Source of the DNA: Octopus bimaculoides
Taxonomy: Eukaryota
Reading direction: 5' to 3'
Length of the DNA: 64,000 bases
Assembly: GCF_001194135.2 (NCBI RefSeq)
Contig: NC_068981.1
Coordinates: forward strand, 134,262,649 to 134,326,648
Part shown: positions 24,466 through 36,845 of the stretch, piece after piece
Layout of the letters: every line of letters begins with the position of its first letter
Position numbering within the stretch: position 1 is the stretch's first letter
Notes under the pieces: model-generated
Told to the model about the DNA's origin: nothing
What the model saw: the letters and a program-made list of their open reading frames with translations, nothing else
The model's database searches: none
Made by a program: the position numbers and the translations under genes

Positions 24466-24839
24466 CTCATCTGCTCATCTGTCTTTGCTTTGAGTGTTTC
24501 AAAGCTCACCACTCTTGTGAAGTGGAAAAATGAAAATCCATGATACATTTACGCTATCAAAATTCCTTAAAATTTTACTATTCATTGCTGAATGCTTTGT
24601 TAATATAATTCCATTTGTTGTTATTGTTTATTTCTAGTGAACTCTCAAGTAAACCTATGATCAAATACCTTTCAGCCTTGTTCATCCTTTTTGTTTATCA
24701 GATTATATATTCAACATTGCCTTATCTTGCTGTCTTAGCAAGTCCTTTGTTCAAGAAACTTGGTTTGTGTGATTGCTTGTTTTATTCATTTATTAATAAA
24801 CTGGGTGTTAAAAATGAGAATTTACCTCTTGCTAGTGAC

Positions 24840-25170
24840 TATGCTGGGGTACCACTTTAAAAAATTTTAGTTGAACGAATTGACCCCAGTATTTTTTTTT
24901 TTATAAGCTTGGTACTTATTATATTAGTTCTTTTGTTGAACCACTAAGTTATGGGGACACTAAGTTGCGCTGGTTATCAAGTTATATCAGTTGTCAAGCA
25001 GTGGTGGGTGACAAATATACACATACGCACGCATGCACAATGGCCTTCTTTCAGTTTCCCTCTACCAAATCCATTCACAAGGCCTTCCTGAAGCTATAGT
25101 AGAAGATACTTGCCCAAAGTGCCATGCAGTGGGACTGAACCTGGAACCATGTAGTTGGGAAGCAAATAGC
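24840..25170 (-). mobile_element. SINE family A with internal deletion
   Basis: Reverse-complement match to 39929-40328. Confidence 0.8.
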
Positions 25171-26359
25171 TGGCCAAGACTTTTCCTACCTCTGGTTGCA
25201 AAGAGCTTATCGGTCTCAGGCCAATGAGCCTGACAAGTCACTTATGCCACTCAGAACTTCATACGTGCAAAATGGTCACTCTCTGACTGGCCATAACCAA
25301 CAACCTTTTAAGTATGCATATGTTAGGAATTTAATAGTTTTCAATTAGACTATAATCGTAGAATATTCTTGTGTGATGTTAATTCTTGGTACATATAGCC
25401 TATCTCCTGTTCATTGATTTCAACCCACTGGAACTTTGAAAATTCTTGGTAAATCATGAAGTAAAAAGCAGCTTACCATTTTGCTCCCTTTATAAATCTA
25501 AATTTGTTTATGTAAGAAATACTCAGTGTTGTTTGTATTGAGTAGGCACTGAGTTAATACTTGATATCATTAAGCTGTTGGACCTAGAAATTCAGATTAG
25601 AAAATTAAGCCTCATTTTCTGGAATTTCAATACAGAATCTATATATCAAGTTTTGGTATTGGCAATAAATTTAAGCTTTCATTCTTTGTCATGATATATA
25701 CATTTTTCTAACTGTAGACTTCAAGCTGTTTTTGTCTTAAAAGGGAAATCTGAATAAACAGTTTGTGGTTCATTGATATTTAGCCAGAGAATTTCATAGG
25801 AAGTTATTAAATTGATTCTTTGATGTTTGGATTCAGTTGTGAGAGATAATTCCAAGTCCAGAAGATTGTTCCAGACTCTAGACACAAGAACATTTAAAGT
25901 GTGAGGAGGGATTATGCAGCACTTGAAAGTCATGTATGAAGAGAGTACATATGGGACTTGAAGGAGCTAAATCTTATTCATTGATATCTTTCACCATGTG
26001 GTAACAGTTTTGAAGCAATTGTTTCTAAACATTTTCAACCCAGAACTGTAAGGCTACAAAGAGATCTTCTTTAAAAGGGTTATATTTGCTGAAGAGTATA
26101 TAGGTAGTCTTCATTTTGGATAAACAAGTTTACACTACAAATACATTGAAGTGATAATTTGTGGAACACACAAAAAGATAAGCAAAACACAGGTACACAA
26201 CTAAGTTGGAGGCAAATTAACTTTGGCTTTTATAGCATGTAAGGTGTTGTAGGATTGTATGCAGCATGTATACTACAGCAGTACTATGCGTAGCTTAAAT
26301 ACTAAATACATTGAAGTGATAAATTGTTTGTTGATTGACAAGTCTTTAGTACCGAGATA

Positions 26360-26740
26360 CAGGCACGTGCCATCAGTAATTACTCAGGGTAGGCAGTTGG
26401 TGACCTTTATGTAGTAAAACAAAAAATAAATGAAACACAGGCACATGACTGAATTGAAGGCAGATTTACTTTTGCCTTTATTGCACATAAAGAAAATAGT
26501 GTTGTAGGATTGTATGCAGCATATGTACTACAGTAGATTGAAAGGCAGGGGTGAATTATGCCTACCTAATCTACAAAAAAAACAAAACAATATTTTGCAT
26601 TTTATGCATAGTAATCAGTAACCTTCATAGTTTTATTGAATTATATGTATATTTTGCCATAAAAGGAAAATGTTACTATCAATCTGTTTTATTCAGGGTA
26701 GGCACTAACCTACCTTGCCTACCCAGGTGGCACGTCCCTG
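26360..26740. mobile_element. hAT-type MITE
   Basis: TIRs caggcacgtgcca / tggcacgtccctg; 8-bp TSD ccgagata (26352-26359) and tcgagata (26741-26748), 7/8 identical. Confidence 0.8.
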
Positions 26741-28382
26741 TCGAGATATATTGTAGCAGAAAAAAATGTCTCTTATTTTCAAATAGATATGACTTGTTTT
26801 TTCTACTACTTTGAATTTATGTTTTGATTTTCTAAATTTACAGGCTACTTTAGTTGACCTTTGAGTGTAGCATTGAGAAAGAGCAGCATCATTATTATCA
26901 ATTAATGTCCATGTTTCATACAAGCATAGGTTGGATAGTTTGTCAAGATTCAATGGACCCAAAGACTGCATTGTATTCCAATGTCTTTTAGGTTTTCTAT
27001 GACTGAAACACCAACCACTTTACAGTGTGTACTGAGTAATTCTTTTTCTATTCCACAATCACTAGTGAGGTTACCATGCAGCTTGCAAGGCAATTGAGTG
27101 GAGAGGGACAATTATATGCTAGGAAAAAGTCGGGGAGAAAGGGTTAAAGTATGAGAGAAAATGACCGGAACAGAAGCAGATTTCTTGCTGAAGAGGAGCT
27201 ATATGACTACTCAGAATTTAGAAAAGTAGGTGGTAGAGCTAGAAATTGGTGATGAGGTGTCAGAATGGACCTTTGGAATTTGCTTTTGCTGTGCCATGAA
27301 TTTTTTTTGTCCTCTGTTTTCTTTTTCTTTCAAATCTATTCCAGAACTTGTTCTGATACATAGAACACACTCCATTAACATTGCTGATAATAACATTCAC
27401 TCTTCCTCTTTTCATATGTCATATCCATTTAGGAAAACACCTTTCACTGACAGCAACTGCAAAGCATGCACAACAAACTCAAAAATAACCTGTAAGCTAG
27501 AGATGTTGTGCATCACATGATGCATGGAGAGGTGATGTGTAACTTTCATATTTATATTTTGGCACATAAATTCATTTAATGGAATATTAGGAATTCATCA
27601 CAAGTGAAGCCTAAAGACCTGGTCTTTAGCCACAGACAGTAAGAATAGTAAAAAAATACTGCAATAAAAATATTTGTAATTAAAAAAAAATTATGTACTA
27701 TTTTAAAAGTGGAAATATTTATTAAAGACTTTTATTTTTCAAATTGGTGTTAGATTTTCACAGGAAGAAAGAGCCCATGGGAATTGTTTATAACAAACAA
27801 TATATGTTTTTATAAACAAATATATGAACGTCTTAAAACTATGAGAATTTGAAGGTTAAAAATATAAGATTACATGAAATATTATTTCTTAGTATCATGA
27901 TCACTATCTTCTTGTTTACAGTGCTGTCATATTTTCTATAACTGTTGACTGAAGCTAGATAGGATTATGTCACTCCTTTTTGTCGAATAGATTATATCCA
28001 AATTTTATATTTATAGGCAAAAAAACTATGAGCACTACCCTTAATATTGATATATGGCATTGGTACATTGCCTCAAATTTTGAAGACTTATATACTCAAT
28101 TAAATGCCTCTTCCTTCATACTTAACTGCAGCACCACTGAGTTCATAGACCTTTCTTGATTAATATCAGTAATGTGTATGTTTAGCTTGAACTTTTACAG
28201 ATACAACATACAGAATGTGAATTCTGGAGAACTATGTTTCTGGGTATGAATAAATTGAATGGTAGACTTAATCCACTGCCTGGTTAAACACCTCATCTTT
28301 AGTTCTTGGGTGACTTTAGTGGAGTCCACTCTGTTGCAAACATTTGGGCCAGTTCTTTTGTCTGAAGATGCTTTCGTCTTAC

Positions 28383-28419
28383 CAGAAGAGGCAGGGCCAT
28401 CTAACAGCAATATAAGCTC
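28383..28419 (-). other. Candidate 37-nt exon
   Basis: Acceptor ttgtttttcctag and donor CTG|gtaaga; open as ELILLLDGPASS or GAYIAVRWPCLF. Confidence 0.3.
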
Positions 28420-30073
28420 CTAGGAAAAACAATACCCTTGTGCTTATAGTATTAATTTATTGACAGCAAACCGCAACATACATTTACTAGCATTAGACCC
28501 CTAGACAAATACAGCCTCCAGTGTGCTCATGCATTGAGGCACCACAGAGAGGAGGCCTTGATAAATGTGATGGGTGTTGTCCTTTCTGTTCTGACTTAGC
28601 CATTAAAGAAATTGGACAAGTTATATAATATAGAACTTGGTGATGGGGATTCAGAGTTGTTTGTTGATTCAAGATTATCCATGTTGCAAACATATGGCAA
28701 GCAATGATTTTCATCCACTATTTCCAGCTGTCAATAAAGAAAAGCAACCATGGGCATCAAACCTGGATTTCTGTGACAGTGGCCCCATGTTGAAGAACTG
28801 ATAATTGAAACAGCAGTGAATAAGGCTGACACAGTGGTTGACACAATGACATTATCTAGTTACAATGACTGGATTAGCCACCAAGAACTTGTCACATACC
28901 ATTGCCTATCATAATAAAAGTTACATAGTTATGTTGCTGTGTGACATGTAATCTATTCTGCCAAGTATTGGTCTTTGCTACAGCCCTCTCCACTTCTATC
29001 ACATCCTGTATGTTCCACTAGGTTAAGGGTGAGAAGGTCAAAGCGTGTGTTTGTATCTGCTCCTGACTACAGAGGTACTTGAAATAATTAGTGAATGCAT
29101 GTTACATGTTACCATGCTATAATTCTTACTCGCAATTGATGGCTGATTGTATTGCACTTGACAGATGTAGATGGCTGATATTGAAGGTAGTATTATAGTT
29201 TCCCCCTGACTGAGTTTTTATCCCTTATTTTTCTTTGATATGTTTATAATCCTTTCGGAAGTTTTAAGTTTTTGTTTCACCAAATAAAATTAGATTGTAA
29301 AATTTTTATGCAGATTCACTTCCTCTGATCAATTTTCATTTGGTAAATGAAAGCGACATAAGGTAACAATACTACTGTAAGAAATCTAAGAAAAATAATC
29401 TAAAGATAAGAATACTGGAAATATTGCTTGAATCTTCATGCCTTTTTAAGAAGATTATACTGAAAGTAGAAAAGGAAAATAAAAATGTATTGTAATCTTT
29501 ATTGTAATGAAATTCTTTTTCTGTTCATTTTCCCAGTTTTAAGATAGTAACAATATTTCCACACTATTGTTGCCTATGTTAGAATAGAAATAGGCAATAT
29601 ATTCTATGAAAGGTAAACTGACTGTAGAAGTAACTAGATCAGAGACAAAACTGTTGTTTGATTGTGGAGTCTGGTGTATCATTGCCTGTAATAAACAACA
29701 ATAAACAAACAATAAAGACATACATTATAAAAGATGCTAGTGCTGATGTTAGTAGAGACAGCTGTGTAATTTCATACAGTCGGGAAATTTCTATGAATAG
29801 ATTTTTAAAAATATCTATTAAAAAAAAAAGAAAAAAAATCAAAAATATTTTCATAGGAATGAATATTTTAACAATTGGTGTGGTAGTTGGATATTAACAT
29901 TTACTGTACTGAAAAGGCATGTTTGATAACAGTTTAAAAAAATTTTTATTATTAATAATGCAGCAGATAATTACTAGCTTCAGATAGTTCAACTGATTTC
30001 AGAATTTTATACCATTGACTCTGTATTCTTTTTTTTCATATTAATAATTTCATCATTTATTAATCATACACAT

Positions 30074-30105
<32 letters not shown>

Positions 30106-30316
30106 TTAACATCTGTTTTCCATGCTGACATGGACTGGACAGTTTGATAGGAGCTGCTAAGGCTGGGAGCTGGACCAGGCTATATTTTCTGTTTCTTTAG
30201 GTTTCTAGAGCTGAATGCACTTCCTAAAGCCAACCATTTGACAAAATATACTGGGTGCTTTTTTATGTGGCACCAGCACTGTCAGGGTCACCCAGTAACT
30301 AGCAACACAAAACCCT

Positions 30317-30423
30317 CCTGTATCTGCTCCTGACTACAGAGGTACTTGAAATAATTAGTGAATGCATGTTACATGCATTCACTAATTATTTCAAGTACCT
30401 CTGTAGTCAGGAGCAGATACAGG
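30317..30423. repeat. Perfect palindrome (53-bp arms, 1-nt loop) at the end of a family D element
   Basis: cctgtatctgctcctgactacagaggtacttgaaataattagtgaatgcatgt-t-acatgcattcactaattatttcaagtacctctgtagtcaggagcagatacagg; imperfect outer stem extends to 30291-30449. Confidence 0.97.
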
Positions 30424-30779
30424 GGTTTTTTGTGTTGCTAGTCACTGGGAGAGGAAGGAGTAGTAGTGAGAGGGATTATCATCATCATTGTTTTAATGTC
30501 CACTTTCCTATGCTTGCTTAGGTAGGACTGAGTTCATTAAGACTGATTTTCTATGTCCAGATACATTTACTATCACCAAGTGTGATGCATTTCCAAACAA
30601 GTGAGATTTCTCCAAGATCACATAATTTTTGCAAAAACTTGGAACTGAATGACACTGCTTGTGTGATTGTGAACTCGTTTACAACTATCACATGGTCTCA
30701 TGACAAAGGTACACAAACATATACTCACACACAAAAACACGCACACACAATAGACTTCTTTTAAGTTTCCATATATACA

Positions 30780-30918
30780 TCCAGCTGTGTGGTAGCTTGC
30801 TTACCGACTACATGGTTCTGATTTCAGTCTCACAGCATGGCACCTTGGGCAAGTGTCCTTAGGCTGACCAAAGCCTTGTGAGTGGACTTGGTGGATAGAA
30901 ACTGAAAGAAGTCCATCG

Positions 30919-30961
<43 letters not shown>

Positions 30962-31262
30962 ATGAATGTATGTGTGTGTGTTTGTCCCTCCAACATTGCT
31001 TGACAACCGATGTTGGTGTGTTTGACTAAAGGCAGTGATCCAGCATGGCCACAGTCAAATGACTGGAACAAATAAAAGAAAAAAACATATAGGCAGAGGT
31101 ATGACTGTGTGGTTAATAAACTTGCTTTACAACCAAAGGTTTCATGTTTAATTTCTTACTGTGTTGTACTTTGCTCAAATGTTTTCTGCTATAACCTTTG
31201 GCCAACCAATGCCTTGGGAGTGGAATTGGTAGACATAAACAATAAAGAAACAAGTTGTGTAA

Positions 31263-31307
<45 letters not shown>

Positions 31308-31330
31308 TGTGTGTGTGTGTGCGTGTGAGC
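30780..31330 (+). mobile_element. Two tandem family A SINEs (one internally deleted, one head only)
   Basis: Heads at ~30782 and ~31092; tail gactggaacaaataaaaga at ~31060-31080. Confidence 0.75.
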
Positions 31331-31478
31331 ATATGTACATAAATATTAATTCAGTGTGTTGTCATTAGCATTGCTTCAGTGAAAGACAGTAACATTGTTT
31401 AATTTTTTCCAGTGAACAAATGCTCTGTAGTTCAGTGGACATGTGGTGGTGGTGGTGGCAGTAGTAATAGTCGTCATG

Positions 31479-31514
<36 letters not shown>

Positions 31515-32699
31515 ATGGCAATAATTTTCGTTTCTACTCTAGGCACAATGAGTTTTGGGGAGAGGACCAGTCAATTAGATCAACCCCAGTACACATCTGG
31601 TACTTAATTTATCAACCCCCGAAAGGATGAAAGGCAAAGTTAACCTCAGTGGAATTTGAACTCAGGGCCTAAAGACAGACAAAATACTGCTAAGCATTTC
31701 ATCCACTGTGCTAACGTTTCTGCCAGCACACTGCCTTATTAATGGTAATAATATTGTTGCTTTGGTTGCTAGCAGAATCATTACTGCTTTGAACAAAATG
31801 CCAAGCAGTATTTCTTCTGGCACTTTATGCTCTGGGCTCAAATCCTTTCAGGATTCTTAAAGTTATGTCTCCATAACTTAGCGGTTTGGCAAAGGGGACT
31901 GGCAGAAAAAGTACCGCACTTAGAAATAAGTACTGGGGGTCAATTTTCTTTGACTAAACCCTTCAAGGTGATGTCTTACTGTGGTTGTGGAGGTGCATGG
32001 CTTAGTTATTAGGGTGTTGCATTCATGATTGTGGTTTCAATTCCTGGACTGGGTGACACATTGTGTACTTGAACAAAGCACTTCATTTCACATTGCTCCA
32101 GTTCACTCAGCTGGCAAAAATGAGTAATCCTGTGATGGGATGGCGTTCCATCCTGGTGGTGAATTTATATGCCATGGAAAGCGGGAAACTGGCTGTTATG
32201 AGCAGGCATGACTCATAAAGGTAGTATGGCTGCAATCCAATGACTGAAGCAAATAAAAGATTCAAATACATACCATTACACATGCAAATACATTTAAATG
32301 GATGTGAATGTGTTCTGTTTAGATTCTTTTTTTCTACTTATAACAGCAACAACAAAATGAAAAACAAAAGAAAATAATAAAATACCATAGACATTTACAT
32401 ACAAATATACATAATGAGTCACAATGGCTTTTGTGACATTAAGATGCTGGACTATTTCTTTATGGCAATGAGTTCATACTTTATTATTATACAACTATAG
32501 CTAGCATGTCATGCCCCTCAGCAAGACATATAAGCTTTATCTTTCTGAGTTAATCTGGTTAATAAATATGTTACACCTGCTTCACAGTTGAGTGGATAAC
32601 AGTAGGAAGTGCATCCAGTTATAAAGCATAACGAGCGAGTGATATGCATATGTCCAATTTTACAAATCCCACCCCAGTGGACAGAATGGATGGAAAAAC

Positions 32700-33035
32700 G
32701 GAATATGTGTGGTTGGATGTACATGTGTGTTTACGTATGTATACATGTTTATTTGTGTGTATGTGTAAATATACACACACATGCGCACACATATAAACAT
32801 ATATGTACATATATAAGCACACACATACACACACACATGTATGTATGCTTATATGTGTTTATGTGTGTCTATAAATGCACACATGTATAAATGTGTATGT
32901 ATATATGCTCATACATCTATGCATGCATATATAAATATGTGAAGTGTGTGCACTTGTATATGCATTTGTATCTATACATATATGTACATTTCTGTGTGTG
33001 TGTGTGTGTGTATGTGTGTGTGTGTGTGTGTGTGC
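32700..33035. repeat. Degenerate compound alternating purine-pyrimidine microsatellite
   Basis: Scrambled TG/TA/CA/ATGC units over ~330 bp. Confidence 0.85.
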
Positions 33036-33944
33036 GTGCACAACAGTGGCAGAGTTGGGTTTTTGACAGTTGTTAACTGGATTTTGTTACTGCTTATCAA
33101 AACATTTCACTTTTAAATGACTCATTATTATCATAATAATCATCATCATCATCATTATCATCATGTGACTATAGCAGTAAAAATGTGATGAAAACAAGGT
33201 ATATAAAAAAAATAAAATTTTAACATTTAAAATATATTAATGTATAAATGCATGTGACTGTTGACTAAGGCATTAGTTATAGGCAGGTGGATGCTGTGGT
33301 TAGTTGTAAAGAGGGCTCTGTTGAAAAGAATTATGTAATGAAAAACAAGGTTTTCCTTTCTATTAGAAACAAAGTGAAAAAAAAAATTGTTGCAAATTGG
33401 GGGTGCAATGTAGAAGAATGAATGATACAGTAAATAAGGTGAGGAAGAACAGAGAGAGAAAGAAAGATAAAATGAATGAAAGAAAGTTTGAAACAGGAGT
33501 AAAGACAAATGAAAGGAAATAAGGAAGGGGGATGGTAGAGGTGACCTTTGGTGAACTGTTGAACACATGGCAATTAATTTTGATCTTGGCTGCCCCTTGT
33601 GCAAGGTATATGACCCTGATGTTCTGGGTTTTCTGCTAGATTACGCTGTAGTTATAGCAATGTGAATATACATACATATTAGTTTGGTCAAGTGGATAAA
33701 ATATTGGATTACCAACTCTGTTTGTTCTCTCTCTCTCTCCCTCTTTCTTTCCCTCTCTGTCTCTCTCGCACATGTGAACATGTAAATTCATAACTGACCT
33801 TTCAACCAATTATGCTCACACACATATGCATATATTCATGTATCCATATATGTTTTATGTGTGTGTTTGTATGTGTGTATATATATATGTGTGTATATAT
33901 ATGTGTGTGTGTGTGTGTGCGTTTTGCATGTACATGTGTGTGTT

Positions 33945-33954
33945 NNNNNNNNNN
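33945..33954. other. Assembly gap
   Basis: 10 N inside a microsatellite. Confidence 1.
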
Positions 33955-34003
<49 letters not shown>

Positions 34004-34666
34004 GGAATGGACACAAGAAAAACACATAAGAGATAGAGATAGAACAAATATTAATGTAGCTCTCATCAGCTACCTTGCTCAGGATTCTGGCAGTTTTTAT
34101 GCCTTGATACAAAACTACTACTACATTAGTGGCCTCAAGAAACTATTGGTCATGATTGTAACACATTTAATACAGTGGAAATGAGACAAGGTAAACCATG
34201 TAATAGTCTTGACAATTGGGATAAGGAAGAAGTAGAGTTAAGACTAGTGATGAGGACAGAGAAATGAAAAGCATAGGTTTACTTAAGATAAAATCATATA
34301 AAATGTAAGCCCTTTTTGATAAGATAAGACTCATGTTTGTGTGTATATGGGTGAGAAGGCACATAAACTAGCAGTTGAAGTCTTGGGATCACAATCATAA
34401 AGTCATTAGTCCTGTTCATGGACCACGCAGTGAATTGTCCTTGAGCAAATAATTTCATTTCACATTACTGTGTCCTATTCACTTGAAATGAGCTGAGTGG
34501 TCATGTGACCCTTTCTCTCCTCCAGTTGTCTCTTCTTTAGTATGCCAATGGTTTGAGGGGTAGCAGAGCTAAAACATTATTTATGTTAGCTCATTACAAA
34601 ATTGGGTACCTAAAACAATTAACAAAAGCTTGGTACATGTTACCAAATCATACTCACTTGTGAATG

Positions 34667-34708
<42 letters not shown>

Positions 34709-34715
34709 CATATAC

Positions 34716-34820
34716 AGAGTCTGCCAAAAATATATATACACACTTCAGGAAAGGAAAAATCTGTATAAATATTTTAATTCAGTGTTATTGTAATTTATTC
34801 TATGTTATCACAGTTTGATA
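34716..34820 (+). mobile_element. Possible Tc1/mariner terminal fragment
   Basis: TA-cagagtctgccaaaaatatatatacacacttcaggaaagg resembles a Tc1-type TIR start; no partner TIR seen. Confidence 0.35.
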
Positions 34821-34884
34821 AAACATTGAGAGAGGTATCTATATTTATAGAGCTAGTTACACAAGTTATACATATATAATCTTA

Positions 34885-35195
34885 TATTTGTTTCAGCTAT
34901 TGGATTGTGGCCATGCTGAGGTCTAGTAGAGAACATAGAACCCCAGTACTTATTCCATTGCTCTCTATTATTGAATCACTGAGTTATTGGGGTCATAAAA
35001 CCAACACCAATAGTCAAGCAGTGGTGGGGGACAAACACAAAGATATGCGGTCTCAAACACACACATGACAGACTTTTACACAAGGCATTACTTGGCCTGA
35101 GGCTAAAGTAGAAAGCATTTGCCCAAGATGCCATGCTATGGAACTGAAACTGAAAGCATGTGGTTGCAAAGCATGCTTCTTAATCACACAGCCAT
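34885..35195 (-). mobile_element. SINE family A, diverged
   Basis: Tail tttgtttcagctattggattgtggccatgctg to head cttcttaatcacacagccatgca. Confidence 0.75.
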
Positions 35196-35224
35196 GCATT
35201 TGCCTATGTGTATGTATGTATGTA

Positions 35225-35850
35225 TGTATGTTATTGTTCAGTTTTATTTCAAATTTCTTGCCAATAGAGAAAAGGCCGGTTTCTAACCTAGATTCAAGGC
35301 TCCTTCATTGGAATTTCAACATCAACAACAAGGTATTTTTGTATGTATGTATGTATAAGTGAAAATTTGTATGTTTTGCTTCATGTATGTATTCTCATGC
35401 ATATAGTTGCATATCTAGACATGCTCATATATATTTAAATGATAAACTTCTGGAAAGTTTTACAGATTTTTACAGTTCCAGTGACGGATTGGATCTGTAG
35501 TCTTTGAATTAGCTTTCTCCTTTCTGGCTTTAAGAGGCCTAATTTCTCAAGATTGGTATTTAGGTAGTGTGTTACATATCCTGTATGTATGTATGTATGT
35601 TTGTTTGTTTGTATGTATGTATGTATGTCTGTCATTCAGTTTTATTTCAAAATTCATTGCCAATAGAGAAAGTGCCGGTTTCTAATCTAGATCCAAGGCT
35701 TTTTCATTGGAATTTCAACATCAACAACAGGGTATTTTTGTATGTATGTATGTATATGTGCAGATTTGTATGTTTTGTTTTATGTATGTCTTCTCATGCA
35801 TATATTTGCATATCTAGACATGTTCATATATACTCAAATGATAAACTCCA
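35225..35850 (-). mobile_element. Two head-to-tail 5'-truncated R4/Dong-like LINE 3' ends separated by (CATA)n
   Basis: ORF 35435-35635 GYVTHYLNTNLEKLGLLKPERRKLIQRLQIQSVTGTVKICKTFQKFII*, homologous to 12297-12491. Two ~200-bp 3'UTR copies at ~35230-35430 and ~35630-35845. Confidence 0.8.
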
Positions 35851-36487
35851 AAGGAAATGAGTTTTCTAATTACAGTTTCTTCTGTAACTACAGCTAGAAA
35901 GAATCGGTTTACCTGTTGAGCTGTTGTTTTCTTTCTGTTCCTCGGTTGTGTTGTTGTTGTTGTTGATGTGTATGTGTGTGTGTATATCTGTTGAGGACAT
36001 CTACAAGTGTGGATTAAGATAAAAATAGAAGATTGGAGAAGAACAGATCCCATCACTTTAGGTGAACCACAGATTTATTGTTTGTCAGGTGATTGCACTA
36101 TTGATTGCTAATACATATATGAACCATCCTATCTATCTGTCTCACACAAACACATACACACTTTCACTCACACATGTATATAAACATATACACATACACT
36201 AACATATTTATGTATGTAATTTCTCATTGGTTCATAACTATTTCTGAATGAGAATAAACAAACAAAAATAATGTAAAAATTTAAAAAAAATTAGGTTAGT
36301 ATTTGTGCATCTTTTTGCAGTGAACTATTGTCATATTTGAATGAATAAATCTATGAAATAGGTCACTGTATCCTGTGACATCGTCACTGCTCTAAAAATA
36401 ATGGAAAAACTAGAAATACAAAGAATGACGAGGAATTAAATAATCTATAGCATAGATTATTTATAACATAGAAATGATGTTGGAGAG

Positions 36488-36845
36488 ATTAGGATTAATA
36501 TTTGTTTGGTTTCCTTTCTCTTTTCTTTCTTACCAGGGAGCCTTTAGAGGGCTGCTCAGTTTGCTAGAAATAGTAGCCAAATCTCCCTCAAATCATCCTA
36601 CCATCTTCAAAAATGTAACTCATTTGATATTATGGTTTGGGGTTCCTTACACATAGGAAGACGATAGGATTAATATTTGTTTGGTTTCTTTTCTCTTTTC
36701 TTTCTTACCAGGGAGCCTTTATAGGGCTGCTCAGTTTGCTAGAAATAGTAGCCAAATTTCCGTCAAATCATCCTACCATCTTCAAAAATGTAACTCATTT
36801 GATATTGTGGTTTGGGGTTCCTTACACATAGGAAGACGATAGGAT
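36488..36845. repeat. 175-bp tandem duplication (2 copies)
   Basis: Unit taggattaatatttg...ggaagacga begins at 36490 and 36665; a few substitutions between copies; includes family E sequence. Confidence 0.95.

Noticed and set aside
27187-27225. CTGAAGA-ggag...ctc-AGAA hammerhead-like string
   Set aside because: It lacks the GAAA core and any stem III/NUH geometry; likely chance.
28195-28410. Walker A-like LLDGPASSGKT in a minus-strand ORF
   Set aside because: The GKT is spelled by ggt aag acg, which is also a consensus splice donor. No Walker B or NTPase context follows. It is kept only as a candidate short exon.
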